64,000 nucleotides of DNA from Dehalococcoidia bacterium (GCA_965262865.1 CBDHFZ010000003.1:214566-278565); one strand, 5' to 3'; counted from the first letter of the stretch, positions 18,968-28,034 are shown. The notes: generated by a model from the letters alone, not told the origin. A program made the numbers and translations.

Positions 18968-19825
18968 ATGGGAACAGGACCTATGCCGGGCGATAACTTC
19001 AACGAGCACTGCGAGGCTTTACTCGTAAGGTACAACCGCAGGAATACGCAGGCTGTCACGAGGCATCTGGAAAGCTTGTGCAACATCCTGAGGCAGGAGG
19101 GCAACCATGTGCTCCAGACCATGTTCGGCGGTTCCGTCCGCAGGCGCACATACGTCAATGGTCTCAGTGACGTGGATGTCCTGCTGGTAGTGAACCAATC
19201 CTCACTTCTGAACCAACCCCCGGCAAGGGTAGTAGAGTACGTGCGGGAGACCATCCAAGGTCATCTGCCTCTGAATCCCGTGAGAGCGGGCAACCTGGCG
19301 GTAACCGTCAACTATGGCGATGGAATGGAAATCCAGATACTGCCCGCCATACGGACCAACACCGGAGGCGTCCGGATTGCTGAACCAGGGAGCACCAGAT
19401 GGAGCAACGTGGTGCAACCCGAAAACTTTGCCAGAGAACTCGCGGAGGTCAACCAGGCGAAGAATGGCAGAGTAGTACCAGTAATCAAGCTCGCCAAGGC
19501 CATGGCGGACTGCTTGATTACCCGCCAGGGTTGGAAAATCCGCGGCTATCATATGGAGTCTCTGGCGATCGACGCATTCAGGAACTATCAAGGTCCCCAG
19601 GACCCGAAGTCCATGCTCGTTCACTTGCTCACCAACTCGATGACAGCGGTGATGAGACCAATAACAAACTCTACAGGACAGTCCAGGTACGTTGACGAGT
19701 ATCTGGGTGCGGCAGACTCCCGGGCGCGGAGACGGGCATCAAACCACTTTGGGCGAATGAGACGCAGGATCAGCTCCTGCAGGACCAGGGCTCAATTCAA
19801 CAACCTGTTCTGTGAAGGGAACTGA
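18968..19825 (+). CDS. SMODS/CD-NTase-like pol-beta-fold nucleotidyltransferase
   Basis: FGGSVRRRTYVNGLSDVDVLLVV matches the G[GS]-x9-13-[DE]x[DE] NTase signature. A third acidic position is plausible in GDGMEIQILPA. The helical C-terminal half (VPVIKLAKAMADCL...GYHMESLAIDAF) follows the CD-NTase layout. It starts 8 nt after the PIN stop. Confidence 0.65.
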   Translation: MGTGPMPGDNFNEHCEALLVRYNRRNTQAVTRHLESLCNILRQEGNHVLQTMFGGSVRRRTYVNGLSDVDVLLVVNQSSLLNQPPARVVEYVRETIQGHLPLNPVRAGNLAVTVNYGDGMEIQILPAIRTNTGGVRIAEPGSTRWSNVVQPENFARELAEVNQAKNGRVVPVIKLAKAMADCLITRQGWKIRGYHMESLAIDAFRNYQGPQDPKSMLVHLLTNSMTAVMRPITNSTGQSRYVDEYLGAADSRARRRASNHFGRMRRRISSCRTRAQFNNLFCEGN

Positions 19826-19840
19826 GTTAGGCGATCACTG

Positions 19841-20683
19841 ATGGACGGCAAATTCATTATGATATCCGGCAGCGCAGGCCTTTCGTGTCCTGCGGACAAG
19901 TTGCTCGTGGCTTCCCAGTTCGTCCAGAGCTTCGCCAGAGAGGTGTTGAGACAGGGAGGAGGCCTGGTAGTTCTTGCAGGGGACGAGGAGTCCACCAAGG
20001 ACGAAAACGGTGTGCCCCATGTTTTCGACTGGCTGGTCCTGCGCGAGGTCGAGAACTACGCAGGAACCACTACCGAAGACCCCCGCCCATACGCCAGAAT
20101 CATCATGTCCGACGAAGCGCAGCATTCCAAGATAGATCCCGCGAATCTGCGCCTCCTGATGAATCTGGAGCAGAGAAACGTCGTCGAACTTTGTCCCATA
20201 CGCCGAGAGGTGTTCACCGGCGGCGAGTATAGAAAGGCGATGATTGAACGGGCCGACGCCATGATCGCCATCGGCGGAGGCAAGGGAACCTATTCTGCTG
20301 GAACAGATATGATTGCTCAAGGAAAACCCGTGTTACCACTCGACCTGCAGCTTGGCTCCATTGTCCAGGATGGCGACGGAGCCGTTACTCTGCACAGGGA
20401 GATGGTGTCGACCCTCGGCCGTTTCTTCCCGAACACGTACGTGGACTCGAGAAACAGACTTAGCCTGCTCTCCTTGGACAGAGGAATCAACGACGCAGAA
20501 ACCGTGGCGCGAGTGTCAGTCGAGATGCTCTCCAAGGAACTCAACGCCCTTGCGCCGTCAGATCAGCCAATCAAAGTCACGCGGCGTTTGGCAGCCGTGT
20601 GGCAGACCACAAAGGCCCTTCCCGTTATCGCATCTGCGATCAGAATTTTAGAATGGGCAAAGGCTCTACTCTCTTTCACCTAA
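19841..20683 (+). CDS. SLOG/LOG-like Rossmann nucleotide-binding protein with hydrophobic C-terminal helix
   Basis: FIMISGSAG..., GLVVLAGDE, and ADAMIAIGGGKGTYSAGTDMIAQGKPVLPL (LOG/DprA-type GGxGT loop). The C-terminus is LAAVWQTTKALPVIASAIRILEWAKALLSFT. It starts 15 nt after the NTase stop. Confidence 0.55.
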   Translation: MDGKFIMISGSAGLSCPADKLLVASQFVQSFAREVLRQGGGLVVLAGDEESTKDENGVPHVFDWLVLREVENYAGTTTEDPRPYARIIMSDEAQHSKIDPANLRLLMNLEQRNVVELCPIRREVFTGGEYRKAMIERADAMIAIGGGKGTYSAGTDMIAQGKPVLPLDLQLGSIVQDGDGAVTLHREMVSTLGRFFPNTYVDSRNRLSLLSLDRGINDAETVARVSVEMLSKELNALAPSDQPIKVTRRLAAVWQTTKALPVIASAIRILEWAKALLSFT

Positions 20684-20686
20684 ATC

Positions 20687-20917
20687 TGTAAGCGGCGGAG
20701 TTAAAGTGGGCCGCGTGGGCGTAGAATTGCTGAGTATCGGCGAACAAATACTGTACCGCCCGCCATCATTCATCCCGCCATCATTCATAGGGTTGTAGCC
20801 GACCCATGGATGGCGCGACGGATGTACAAGGTGCACGTATATTTGCGGGTTCGCTGGGCGGTGATGGTGGATGTGATGATCATGCGGGAAGCAGCCCGGG
20901 TGTTCGGTCTGCACCGG
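20687..20917 (+). mobile_element. IS21-family left end plus 5' istA remnant (degenerate second copy)
   Basis: TGTAAGCGGCGGAGTTAAAGTGGGCCGCGTGGGCG... aligns by eye with the reverse complement of 40586-40350 (TGTAAACGGCGGAGATAAAGTGGGCCGCGTGGGCG...). It encodes MYKVHVYLRVRWAVMVDVMIMREAARVFGLHR, compared with IstA MYSVDVYLRVRRAVMVDGMSMRETARPFGLHR. It contains a local duplication, CCCGCCATCATTCAT x2. Confidence 0.8.
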
Positions 20918-21216
20918 GCGGGAGTGGAGTTCCGGTCCCTGGCGGAAGACTTCGACACGGCCACACCCACCGGCAAGCTCCAGCTCTCGATGGTGCTCAC
21001 CTTCAGCGAGTGGTGGCGGAACTCGATCAGGGAGCGCTCGGTCGCGGGCCAGGCGAAGGCTGCGGACCGAGGGGCTTTCCCCCGGCCGACGGCCCAGCCT
21101 GACTGACCAGCAACGGGAGTACATCCGGGAGGAGCGATCGAATGGAGTGAGCCAGCGGGAATTGGCCAAGCGCCTGGAGGTCAGCCGCTGGACCATCCAA
21201 CAGGTGAACGGGTAAG
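20918..21216 (+). pseudogene. Serine recombinase (resolvase/invertase) C-terminal remnant, frameshifted
   Basis: DTATPTGKLQLSMVLTFSEWWRNSIRERSVAGQAKAADRG, then in another frame LTDQQREYIREERSNGVSQRELAKRLEVSRWTIQQVNG (HTH). It has no N-terminal catalytic Ser region and is joined directly to the IS21 remnant. Confidence 0.75.
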
Positions 21217-21439
21217 GGTGCATTGAAAATTGCAGCCTCGGTACGGAACATGGCAGATTGCCAGGCAGACCCAATCACGCTTCCACGACCCTGCCGGATA
21301 CGGCCCCAGAATTATCGCGACCCCAATCCGTTCAAGTGCTTCCCGCGATTTTGAACAGAGTCGACTCTTGCACAAACTTGATGGGCGGCCCCGTCGACGA
21401 AGTGTCCCAAAACGCCCGGCTGATGGGCAGGGGGATCGG

Positions 21440-21748
21440 ATGCCAATACGCAAAGAGATGCTAAAGCGATACCCGAAGGACTGGGCGGTGCGCTCGAGGT
21501 TCGTGCGGTTCTACAGGGCCAGGAACCGTTGCGAGTGGTGCGGGGTCCACAATTACAGCCTCCGCGAGGACACCGGGGCGGTCGTGGTTCCGACCGCCGC
21601 CCACGTGTACGACAAGCGGCCGGAGGCTTGCGCGTTGCTCAACCTAGCGGCACTCTGCCAGCGGTGTCACCTCCGCCACGACGCCAAGGACCGCGCCCAA
21701 GGCAGGCGGGAAAGGGCCCGCGGTCCTCAGTTGGCGCTGGCGATCTGA
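21440..21748 (+). CDS. Small HNH-like endonuclease
   Basis: The likely true start is MPIRKEMLKRYPKDW within ORF 21230..21748. Motifs: CEWCG...AAHVYDKRP...LNLAALCQRCHLRHD (CxxC...H...N...CxxCH). Confidence 0.55.
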   Translation: MPIRKEMLKRYPKDWAVRSRFVRFYRARNRCEWCGVHNYSLREDTGAVVVPTAAHVYDKRPEACALLNLAALCQRCHLRHDAKDRAQGRRERARGPQLALAI

Positions 21749-22012
21749 AACGCCCCCTTGGTGAGCAGCCTGCTGGCCTTGACACCGAGTACGAAGCAGA
21801 GGTCCGATCCAAGAGTTCAAGCGGGGAGAGTGCCCCGGTGCTGGTCAAAGTTCGTACGACCCCCGAGAGCGGCTTGGCCGTAGAACAGACCGCGAGAAAT
21901 TCACTGAATCTACTGCATGAGATATTCTAGCTTCGTTAGATCTCCAATTCCCTGGCCCTCGTGTCTTGATCAGGCGATACGGAGACGTTATCGGGCCCGT
22001 TAAGGTTGACGC

Positions 22013-22780
22013 ATGCCTTCCTCAATTGAATGGACCGACGAGAGCTGGAACCCAGTCACTGGCTGTACTCGCGTGTCGCCGGGCTGCGATCACTGCTATA
22101 TGTTCGCTCTCTACCCACGGCTGCGGGGGATGGGCGTCCCAGGGTACGAGACCAGCCCGGATAATGTTCGTCTGCTCCCCGAACGGCTCCAGACTCCGCT
22201 GTCATGGAGGAAGCCTCGTTTCGTATTCGTGAACAGCATGTCCGACGTGTTCCATCCCGAGGTACCCTTCGACTACATTCTTCAAATGTTCTCAGTAATG
22301 GCAGAGGCCTCAGCACAGCGTGGTCATGTGTTTCAGGTTCTGACCAAGCGGCCCGGAAGAGCGGTCGCATGGTGGGAGCAGAACCAACAACGCTTTCCAG
22401 AGGGATGGCCTCCGATGGTATGGATTGGCACATCGGTGGAGAGCCAAAAATACGCTCCGCGTCTCACGGTGCTGGAGCGCCTTCCAGCGTCTGTCCGTTT
22501 CGTATCTGCCGAGCCGCTACTCGAACGCATTGATCTCCGGCCGTGGCTTGAAAGGGGTGCACTGAACTGGGTCATCGCCGGTGGCGAGAGCGGGCCGGGC
22601 GCCCGGCCAATGGACCCCGACTGGGTGCGGGACCTGCGCGACCAATCCGTCGACTCCGGTGTTGCTTTCTTCCTGAAGCAGCTCGGAGGCGTCCGGAACA
22701 AGCGCGGAGGTGCAGACGCACTCATGGGCGACGGCGAGGAGAGCCGGCTTTGGCGAGAAATGCCCATCCCGGGTCGATGA
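22013..22780 (+). CDS. DUF5131 (phage Gp37/Gp68 family) three-Cys-motif protein
   Basis: N-terminus SSIEWTDESWNPVTGCTRVSPGCDHCY is the hallmark of this family. The family-typical stretches VNSMSDVFH and WVIAGGESGPGARPMDPDWVRDLRDQ are also present. Confidence 0.85.
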   Translation: MPSSIEWTDESWNPVTGCTRVSPGCDHCYMFALYPRLRGMGVPGYETSPDNVRLLPERLQTPLSWRKPRFVFVNSMSDVFHPEVPFDYILQMFSVMAEASAQRGHVFQVLTKRPGRAVAWWEQNQQRFPEGWPPMVWIGTSVESQKYAPRLTVLERLPASVRFVSAEPLLERIDLRPWLERGALNWVIAGGESGPGARPMDPDWVRDLRDQSVDSGVAFFLKQLGGVRNKRGGADALMGDGEESRLWREMPIPGR

Positions 22781-22815
22781 CCTGAACCCAGGTGACGGAA
22801 GGAGCGTAATTCCCA

Positions 22816-23649
22816 GTGACTGCCAGGAACCGGGGACAGGAACTGAAGAAAGCCTCAGACGGGCTGCTCGCTTTGAGTGTTGCCGGGCACGCCAAAGAAA
22901 AGGAATTCGCCCTCAAGAACATAACAGGCATCTTTACTCATGCGATGAAGAACAAGTGGCCTGGAAGGCTCTACTACGTGGACTTGTTCTGTGGGCCCGG
23001 CAGGTGCGTCATCAGACACTCGGATGCCGAAACAGAAGGGTCTCCGCTGATCGCCGTGGAAGCACCTTTCAACCACTATTACTTCGCGGACGCAGATAAG
23101 CCATCCATCGATGTCTTGAGAGAGCGAGTAGCCGGAATCAATGGTTCGGGAAAACGGCTTCATTTCTATGCTGGCAGAGCAGAAGAAACCGTAGATGAGG
23201 TCTTGCGGGATCTCCCACACCCAAACCGGTCGCTTGGGCTCGCTTTCCTTGACCCCTGGGCCTGGGACTTCTCGTTTGAGGACCTCAAGAGACTGACCAG
23301 GGGCCGCCGGCTGGACATACTGATAAATTTCAATATCGGGTACATGAAGAGAAATTGGCGGTATGAGTCTCCGGAACTGGACTCGTTTCTGAACCTGCCT
23401 GTGGATCACCGGGAGTTCTTCAAAACGAAAGCGCAGGGAATTCCGGATACCCGCACCCTGCTGGACCACTATGAGGACGAATTGCGAAAGATCGGCTACG
23501 AGCACACCGCCGATGACAGACCCGAGACGAACTCAAACAACACGCCACTCTACCACCTTGTTTTTGGCAGCAAGAACAAGCTAGGGAAAACGCTAAGAGA
23601 TGCCGTATCCCAGAAGACTCTGAGCGGGCAGTTCACGATGTTCGGATAA
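22816..23649 (+). CDS. tcmP: TcmP (three-Cys-motif partner protein) family
   Basis: 277 aa immediately downstream of DUF5131, the pairing that defines the family. LYYVDLFCGPGRC, EGSPLIA, YYFADAD and LAFLDPWAW resemble the methyltransferase-like TcmP core, from memory of the family description. Confidence 0.7.
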   Translation: MTARNRGQELKKASDGLLALSVAGHAKEKEFALKNITGIFTHAMKNKWPGRLYYVDLFCGPGRCVIRHSDAETEGSPLIAVEAPFNHYYFADADKPSIDVLRERVAGINGSGKRLHFYAGRAEETVDEVLRDLPHPNRSLGLAFLDPWAWDFSFEDLKRLTRGRRLDILINFNIGYMKRNWRYESPELDSFLNLPVDHREFFKTKAQGIPDTRTLLDHYEDELRKIGYEHTADDRPETNSNNTPLYHLVFGSKNKLGKTLRDAVSQKTLSGQFTMFG

Positions 23650-23776
23650 CAATTTTGGTGAGGCAATGCGCCGGCAAGAATAACCTGCGTAACCCGGCAG
23701 ATGTAATTGTCGTTGATCACCAGACTCAGAAACTGATCTTCACGGGACTCCGGAAGGATACTCCAACCCCGGCGGA

Positions 23777-24673
23777 ATGCACCAAGCGGACGGGACGAAG
23801 AAGCAAATGCCCAAAGTGAACCTCCGTCACATCCAGCTCACCCCGGCCGACGCCGGAGAGGCCCTGGACACCATTGCCCGGCTGGAGGGACAGGACAGGG
23901 GCGTGATTGCCGCACGCCTTATGGAGAACGACCCCCACGAGCCGCCGCGATGGTGGCACTTCAGAGACCTCCTCAACCTCACCCTCCTGGCCAGGGCCGC
24001 CGCGGCCCAGGAAGGGACCGCACCGCGCCCGGGAAACCCGCCGCCGCTGACCGCGACCGACGACCCCATTGCCACGGCCGCAGCACTGCTCAGGCTGAAA
24101 GCCAAACTCAAGGAGTGGAGGGACGAGACCGAACCGGTGCCGCCGGCGTTGCTGCCCACCTACGAGGGCCAGACCTGGATCGACATCGGGTTGCTGGACT
24201 ACGACCCGCACAAGCCATCCCCGCACCCCGACACCTGTGTGGACGAAGAAGCGCTAACCCACATGTGCATCAGCCTGATAAAGCTGCTCGAGGAAATACA
24301 TCCGACCGAAGAGACCGTCCACGGCGCCCGCCGCTATATCTGCTACGACGAGTCTGACCCGAACACCCGGGTCAGTCCTGACTACTACTTCGCCAAGGGC
24401 GTGCCGGGCCCTGGGATAAAGGCCACCGGACCCTACCTGGTCTGGGCGATTGGGAAGCCCCCCGACTTCGCCCTGGAACTGGCGTCCCCGCGGAAGGCTC
24501 GGGAGGACCTGACCACGCTTGCCGCAGACAGGCTCCGGAACGGCGCATACGAACCGATACCGCTCCACAGGCCCAAAGAAGACCTGATATGGGGTCACAG
24601 CGAAGCCGCTGGAATAGACATCTTTTGGATCGACGGCATGTTCATCTACCTGGACGCAATTCCGAAGGGATAG
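23777..24673 (+). CDS. Divergent Uma2 (DUF820)-like protein with long N-terminal extension; possibly decayed
   Basis: The C-terminal part SPDYYFAKGVP...YLVWAIGKPPDFALELASPRKAREDL matches the Uma2 PD-(D/E)XK core (PDxxV...PPDxxxE.xS), but the region after it diverges from the two paralogs downstream. Confidence 0.5.
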   Translation: MHQADGTKKQMPKVNLRHIQLTPADAGEALDTIARLEGQDRGVIAARLMENDPHEPPRWWHFRDLLNLTLLARAAAAQEGTAPRPGNPPPLTATDDPIATAAALLRLKAKLKEWRDETEPVPPALLPTYEGQTWIDIGLLDYDPHKPSPHPDTCVDEEALTHMCISLIKLLEEIHPTEETVHGARRYICYDESDPNTRVSPDYYFAKGVPGPGIKATGPYLVWAIGKPPDFALELASPRKAREDLTTLAADRLRNGAYEPIPLHRPKEDLIWGHSEAAGIDIFWIDGMFIYLDAIPKG

Positions 24674-24780
24674 CCCTACACCGCCGGAAGCTGGAGAATG
24701 GAGAGTGTCGAAGGGGAATATTCCCTCCATCAAGGAGCTGCAGCCCCTTCCTCATCACGCACCACGGAGGAGCAAGAATC

Positions 24781-24960
24781 ATGTCACTCACCAGAACGCT
24801 GATCAAACCGTTGCTGAACGCCCAGCACCAGAAGGGCCGGGAGGAGGCCGAGGCCGAGAAGGACGCCCAGTTCGAGGAATGGAAAAGACGTCAGGAAGCC
24901 GCGGGAGTGAGATTCGTCGAAGAAAACGGCCCTGACCAGGACCCTGTCGCAAAGGACTGA
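24781..24960 (+). CDS. Small hypothetical protein (59 aa)
   Basis: Strong SD GGAGGAG ~10 nt upstream of ATG 24781 (MSLTRTLIKPLLNAQHQKGREEAEAEKDAQFEEWKRRQEAAGVRFVEENGPDQDPVAKD). A GC hairpin follows. Confidence 0.4.
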   Translation: MSLTRTLIKPLLNAQHQKGREEAEAEKDAQFEEWKRRQEAAGVRFVEENGPDQDPVAKD

Positions 24961-24999
24961 ATCAGCCGCCGTCAACCGGACGAACACAACATGCAACGA

Positions 25000-25028
25000 G
25001 CGGCCCGGCCCAACAACGGCCGGGCCGC
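25000..25028. terminator. GC-rich hairpin between convergent genes (GCGGCCCGGCC-CAACAAC-GGCCGGGCCGC)
   Basis: Perfect 11-bp stem read directly. There is no clear T-run, so it is bidirectional or of uncertain function. Confidence 0.45.
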
Positions 25029-25080
25029 TTCGCGTCATCAGCAGGTCTCAAACAGGGACGGCAATGCACCTCTTGCTGGT

Positions 25081-25812
25081 TCAAGTGTTTTGTTGACCGA
25101 GGCGTTCTTCCAATTCGCGGACACGGGCCTCGGCAGCCAGGCGGCGGGCGCGCTCGCGGTACAGGTCTGCGAGTTCCGCGGTCATTGTCGAGAGACGCCG
25201 GTCCAGCCGGGCGTCGTAGAAGTCCAGCCTTCCTTTCAGGTATGGGTGCGAATTAACCTTGTGCCATTGTAAATGCACGTCCAGGACATGGCTGTAGCCC
25301 TGCCGGAGTTCCGCTCCCAGCTGCTCGACGGCAATGGGCTGATAGCAGCCATCCACCAGCCGGTCTCCGGCCAGATACTCTCCGTTGTATTCTCCGGTGG
25401 GATCGAATCGCCAATATTCGGGTATGCCCAGGGCGGCGTAGGCAGCGCGCTTCACCGTGGCGTCCAGGTTCCCACTGGCGTAGGAAGCGATTTCCAGCAC
25501 GAAGTCCGGCGGCTTGCCCTGTTCGGAGATGACGTAGCCGTTGCGTTTATTGTTACTCTCCCGACTGGCGTTGAAGGACACGAACAGGTCGGGAGCAAAC
25601 AGTCCGGTGGCGTCGTCGGTAACGACTGGACTGACGTAGCACCAGCCGGACATGACCATGGTATCCAGACGGCCCAAGTAGAGATTCAGGAAATAAGCGT
25701 TACCGTTTACCCACAGGTGGTCGGCGGCCACGCCGTCCCGGATCTCATCAGGAGGATCAGGAAGGAAGAGCTCCGGTTGGAGATCCAGATCTGTGGCGCA
25801 GGGAACGCTCAT
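25081..25812 (-). CDS. Uma2-family (DUF820) endonuclease
   Basis: PDLFVSFN...GKPPDFVLEIASYASGNLDATVKRAAYAALGIPEYWRFDP is the canonical Uma2 core. The C-terminal tail is coiled-coil. Confidence 0.85.
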   Translation of the reverse strand: MSVPCATDLDLQPELFLPDPPDEIRDGVAADHLWVNGNAYFLNLYLGRLDTMVMSGWCYVSPVVTDDATGLFAPDLFVSFNASRESNNKRNGYVISEQGKPPDFVLEIASYASGNLDATVKRAAYAALGIPEYWRFDPTGEYNGEYLAGDRLVDGCYQPIAVEQLGAELRQGYSHVLDVHLQWHKVNSHPYLKGRLDFYDARLDRRLSTMTAELADLYRERARRLAAEARVRELEERLGQQNT

Positions 25813-26597
25813 GATCCGGACCCCCCATGTGGCAACAGCGCCTCCAGTTCTCGTATACGGGCCTCGGCGGTCTCGCGGGCGGCCCGCTCGGCGGCGGCGG
25901 TGCGTTGGCGCTCTTGCTCGCGCAGTTGCCCTTCGGTGTCGGCGCGTTGGCGCTCCGTCTCCTGACTGGGAATGTAATCCTCTGAGTTGGGGTCGTACCA
26001 GTCCAGCCGGCCTTCCCGCCAGCAGAAGTACAGCCCCAGTGCCTCGCTGTATCCCCGCAACTCCCCGTTTGGCAGTTCGTCCACCATGATGGGCTGGTAC
26101 TGACTGTCCACCAGCCAGTCGCCAGCCAGCCGCGTCCGGTGAAACTGACCGGTCTCGTCAAAGCGCCAGTATTCCCGCACGCCCAGGCCGGCGTAGAAGT
26201 CCACCTTCACCCCGGTGTCAACGTGCCCGGTGCGGCGGGACGCAATTTCCAGTACCAGGTCCGGCGGCTTGCTCTGCAGCGACACCACGTAGCCGTTGTT
26301 GGTCTCGTATAAATCAGGGTCGGCGTTGAAAGCGACCATCAGGTCCGGGTAGCGTCTGGGACCTCCTGGCACGACACAGATGTAGCGCTCGCCGGATACG
26401 ATGGTGGTTTCGGGATCACCGAGGTATAACTCCAGGCGGCCTTGATTGCCACCCTTGGCCATTGCTTGGAACTGGTCGTGTCGTCGGGATGCCTCTCCGG
26501 GATGTCGGGCAGGCGGTAGGCCTGGGGATTTTGCAGAGCCGGTTGAGCGGCGCGGAGGTTGGTCATGGGATTTCTCCATGGGACTGGCTTGGGCCAT
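25809..26597 (-). CDS. Uma2-family (DUF820) endonuclease, tandem paralog
   Basis: PDLMVAFN...SKPPDLVLEIASRRTGHVDTGVKVDFYAGLGVREYWRFDE. The stop overlaps the start of the downstream paralog (4-nt overlap). Confidence 0.85.
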   Translation of the reverse strand: MAQASPMEKSHDQPPRRSTGSAKSPGLPPARHPGEASRRHDQFQAMAKGGNQGRLELYLGDPETTIVSGERYICVVPGGPRRYPDLMVAFNADPDLYETNNGYVVSLQSKPPDLVLEIASRRTGHVDTGVKVDFYAGLGVREYWRFDETGQFHRTRLAGDWLVDSQYQPIMVDELPNGELRGYSEALGLYFCWREGRLDWYDPNSEDYIPSQETERQRADTEGQLREQERQRTAAAERAARETAEARIRELEALLPHGGSGS

Positions 26598-26685
26598 TGT
26601 GGACAGTCGGGCGGGCCGGCGTCAACGAAAGCAGGGTTCGCAACTGAAAGAAATAATCGCACCTAATCGGTAGTAACATGGACCA

Positions 26686-27342
26686 ATGACAGAAGCGCGG
26701 TTGGTGACAATCGGCTAGGCGGCCAGGATTCTTGGCTCCACGCCGGCACAGTTGCGGCAATGGGAGGCCTCCGGCGAGTTGCTGCCGGCGCGAAAGACGC
26801 GCGGCGGTACCAGGTACTACGCCACGTCGGACCTGCTTGACCACCAGGTCTCCGTCGCCGGTCCGCTGACCGTCTGTTACGCCAGAGTGTCCAGCCAAGA
26901 CCAGAAGGCCGACCTAGACCGCCAGCACGCCGCTCTCGAGGCCTACTGCGCCGCGCAAGGATGGCGCACCCAGGTTATCCGCGACCCCGGCAGCGGAATG
27001 AACTATCGCAACAAAGGCCTCCAGGAGTTGCTCGAGCTCATCCTGCACCGGCGGACGGCTCGTCGGGTGGTTACGCACAAGGACCGCCTCCTGCGGTTCG
27101 GCGCTGAGCTGGTATTCTCACTCTGCGAACTGCAAGGAATCGAGATCGTGATCATCCACCAAGGAGAACAACCGAGCTTCGAGGAAGAGTTGGCCCAGGA
27201 CGTGTTGGAGATCATCACGGTCTTTTCCGCCAGGCTCTACGGAGCCAGGAGTCACAAGAGCAAGCGTCTCCTGGACGCACTGGCTGGCGAAAGTGAGGAG
27301 AACGTCGTTGAGACCGCCCGGCAACTGTCGCTGCTTGGATAG
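26686..27342 (+). pseudogene. tnpA: IS607-family serine-recombinase transposase TnpA with in-frame TAG at 26716-26718
   Basis: MTEARLVTIG*AARILGSTPAQLRQWEASGELLPARKTRGGTRYY (MerR-type HTH), then CYARVSSQDQKADLDRQ (catalytic Ser region). The TAG sits where homologs have Glu (GEAA). The ORF track only lists the part from 26752. Confidence 0.8.
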
Positions 27343-27345
27343 CCT

Positions 27346-28034
27346 GTGAAACGAGCACACCGCATAGCATTGAGGCCGACACCGGAGCAGGAGGCCACCT
27401 TCGGCCAGCACGCCGGTTACGCGAGGTTCGCCTTCAATTGGGCGGTCAGCGAGTTCAAGGCCGGACTCGAGGTAGGCGAGTGGCTGAGGGAAAAGACGTT
27501 GCGCCCGCGTTGGAATAAGGTCAAGCACCTCATCGCGCCGTGGGCCCGGCCGCTGTCGCAGAATCCGGCCAAGTACGCCATCATCGACTTCGGCCAAGCT
27601 GCCGATGCCTGGGGAGCCTGGCGCAAGGCGGCCAAGGCTGGCAAGCGGCAAGGCCGTCGAGTCGGCTTTCCGAGGTTCAAGCGCCGGAAGCACGAGCAAG
27701 GCTTCCGCGCTGACAACGGACCGGACACCGTTCGCGTGGACGGCAAGACGGTGCTGTTGCCTAAAGCATTGGGCCGTGTGGCCATGGTGGAGGAGCTGCG
27801 CTGGACCGGCTCGATTCGCGAGGTCACCATCAACCGGACTGCCGGCGTGTGGTTTGCCAGCTTCTGCATCGAGGATGGCCAGCCGGTCCCGCCGGTGAAA
27901 GACGGCCCCACAATCGGCGTTGACGTTGGAGTTGGCACGCTGGCGGTTTGCTCCAACGGCCTGCAGGTGGAGAATCCGAAGGTGCTGAGCGCCGCGGTCC
28001 GGCGGTTGCACCGCCACCCGGGCGCGGCGATGCC
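27346..28034 (+). pseudogene. tnpB: TnpB (OrfB, RuvC-like RNA-guided nuclease family), N-terminal ~230 aa, truncated by an IS630-family insertion
   Basis: MKRAHRIALRPTPEQEATFGQHAGYARFAFNWAV...GPTIGVDVGVGTLA (first RuvC Asp). The frame then runs into the terminal repeat of the inserted element at 28035. No TnpB C-terminal half is found after 29303. Confidence 0.8.
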
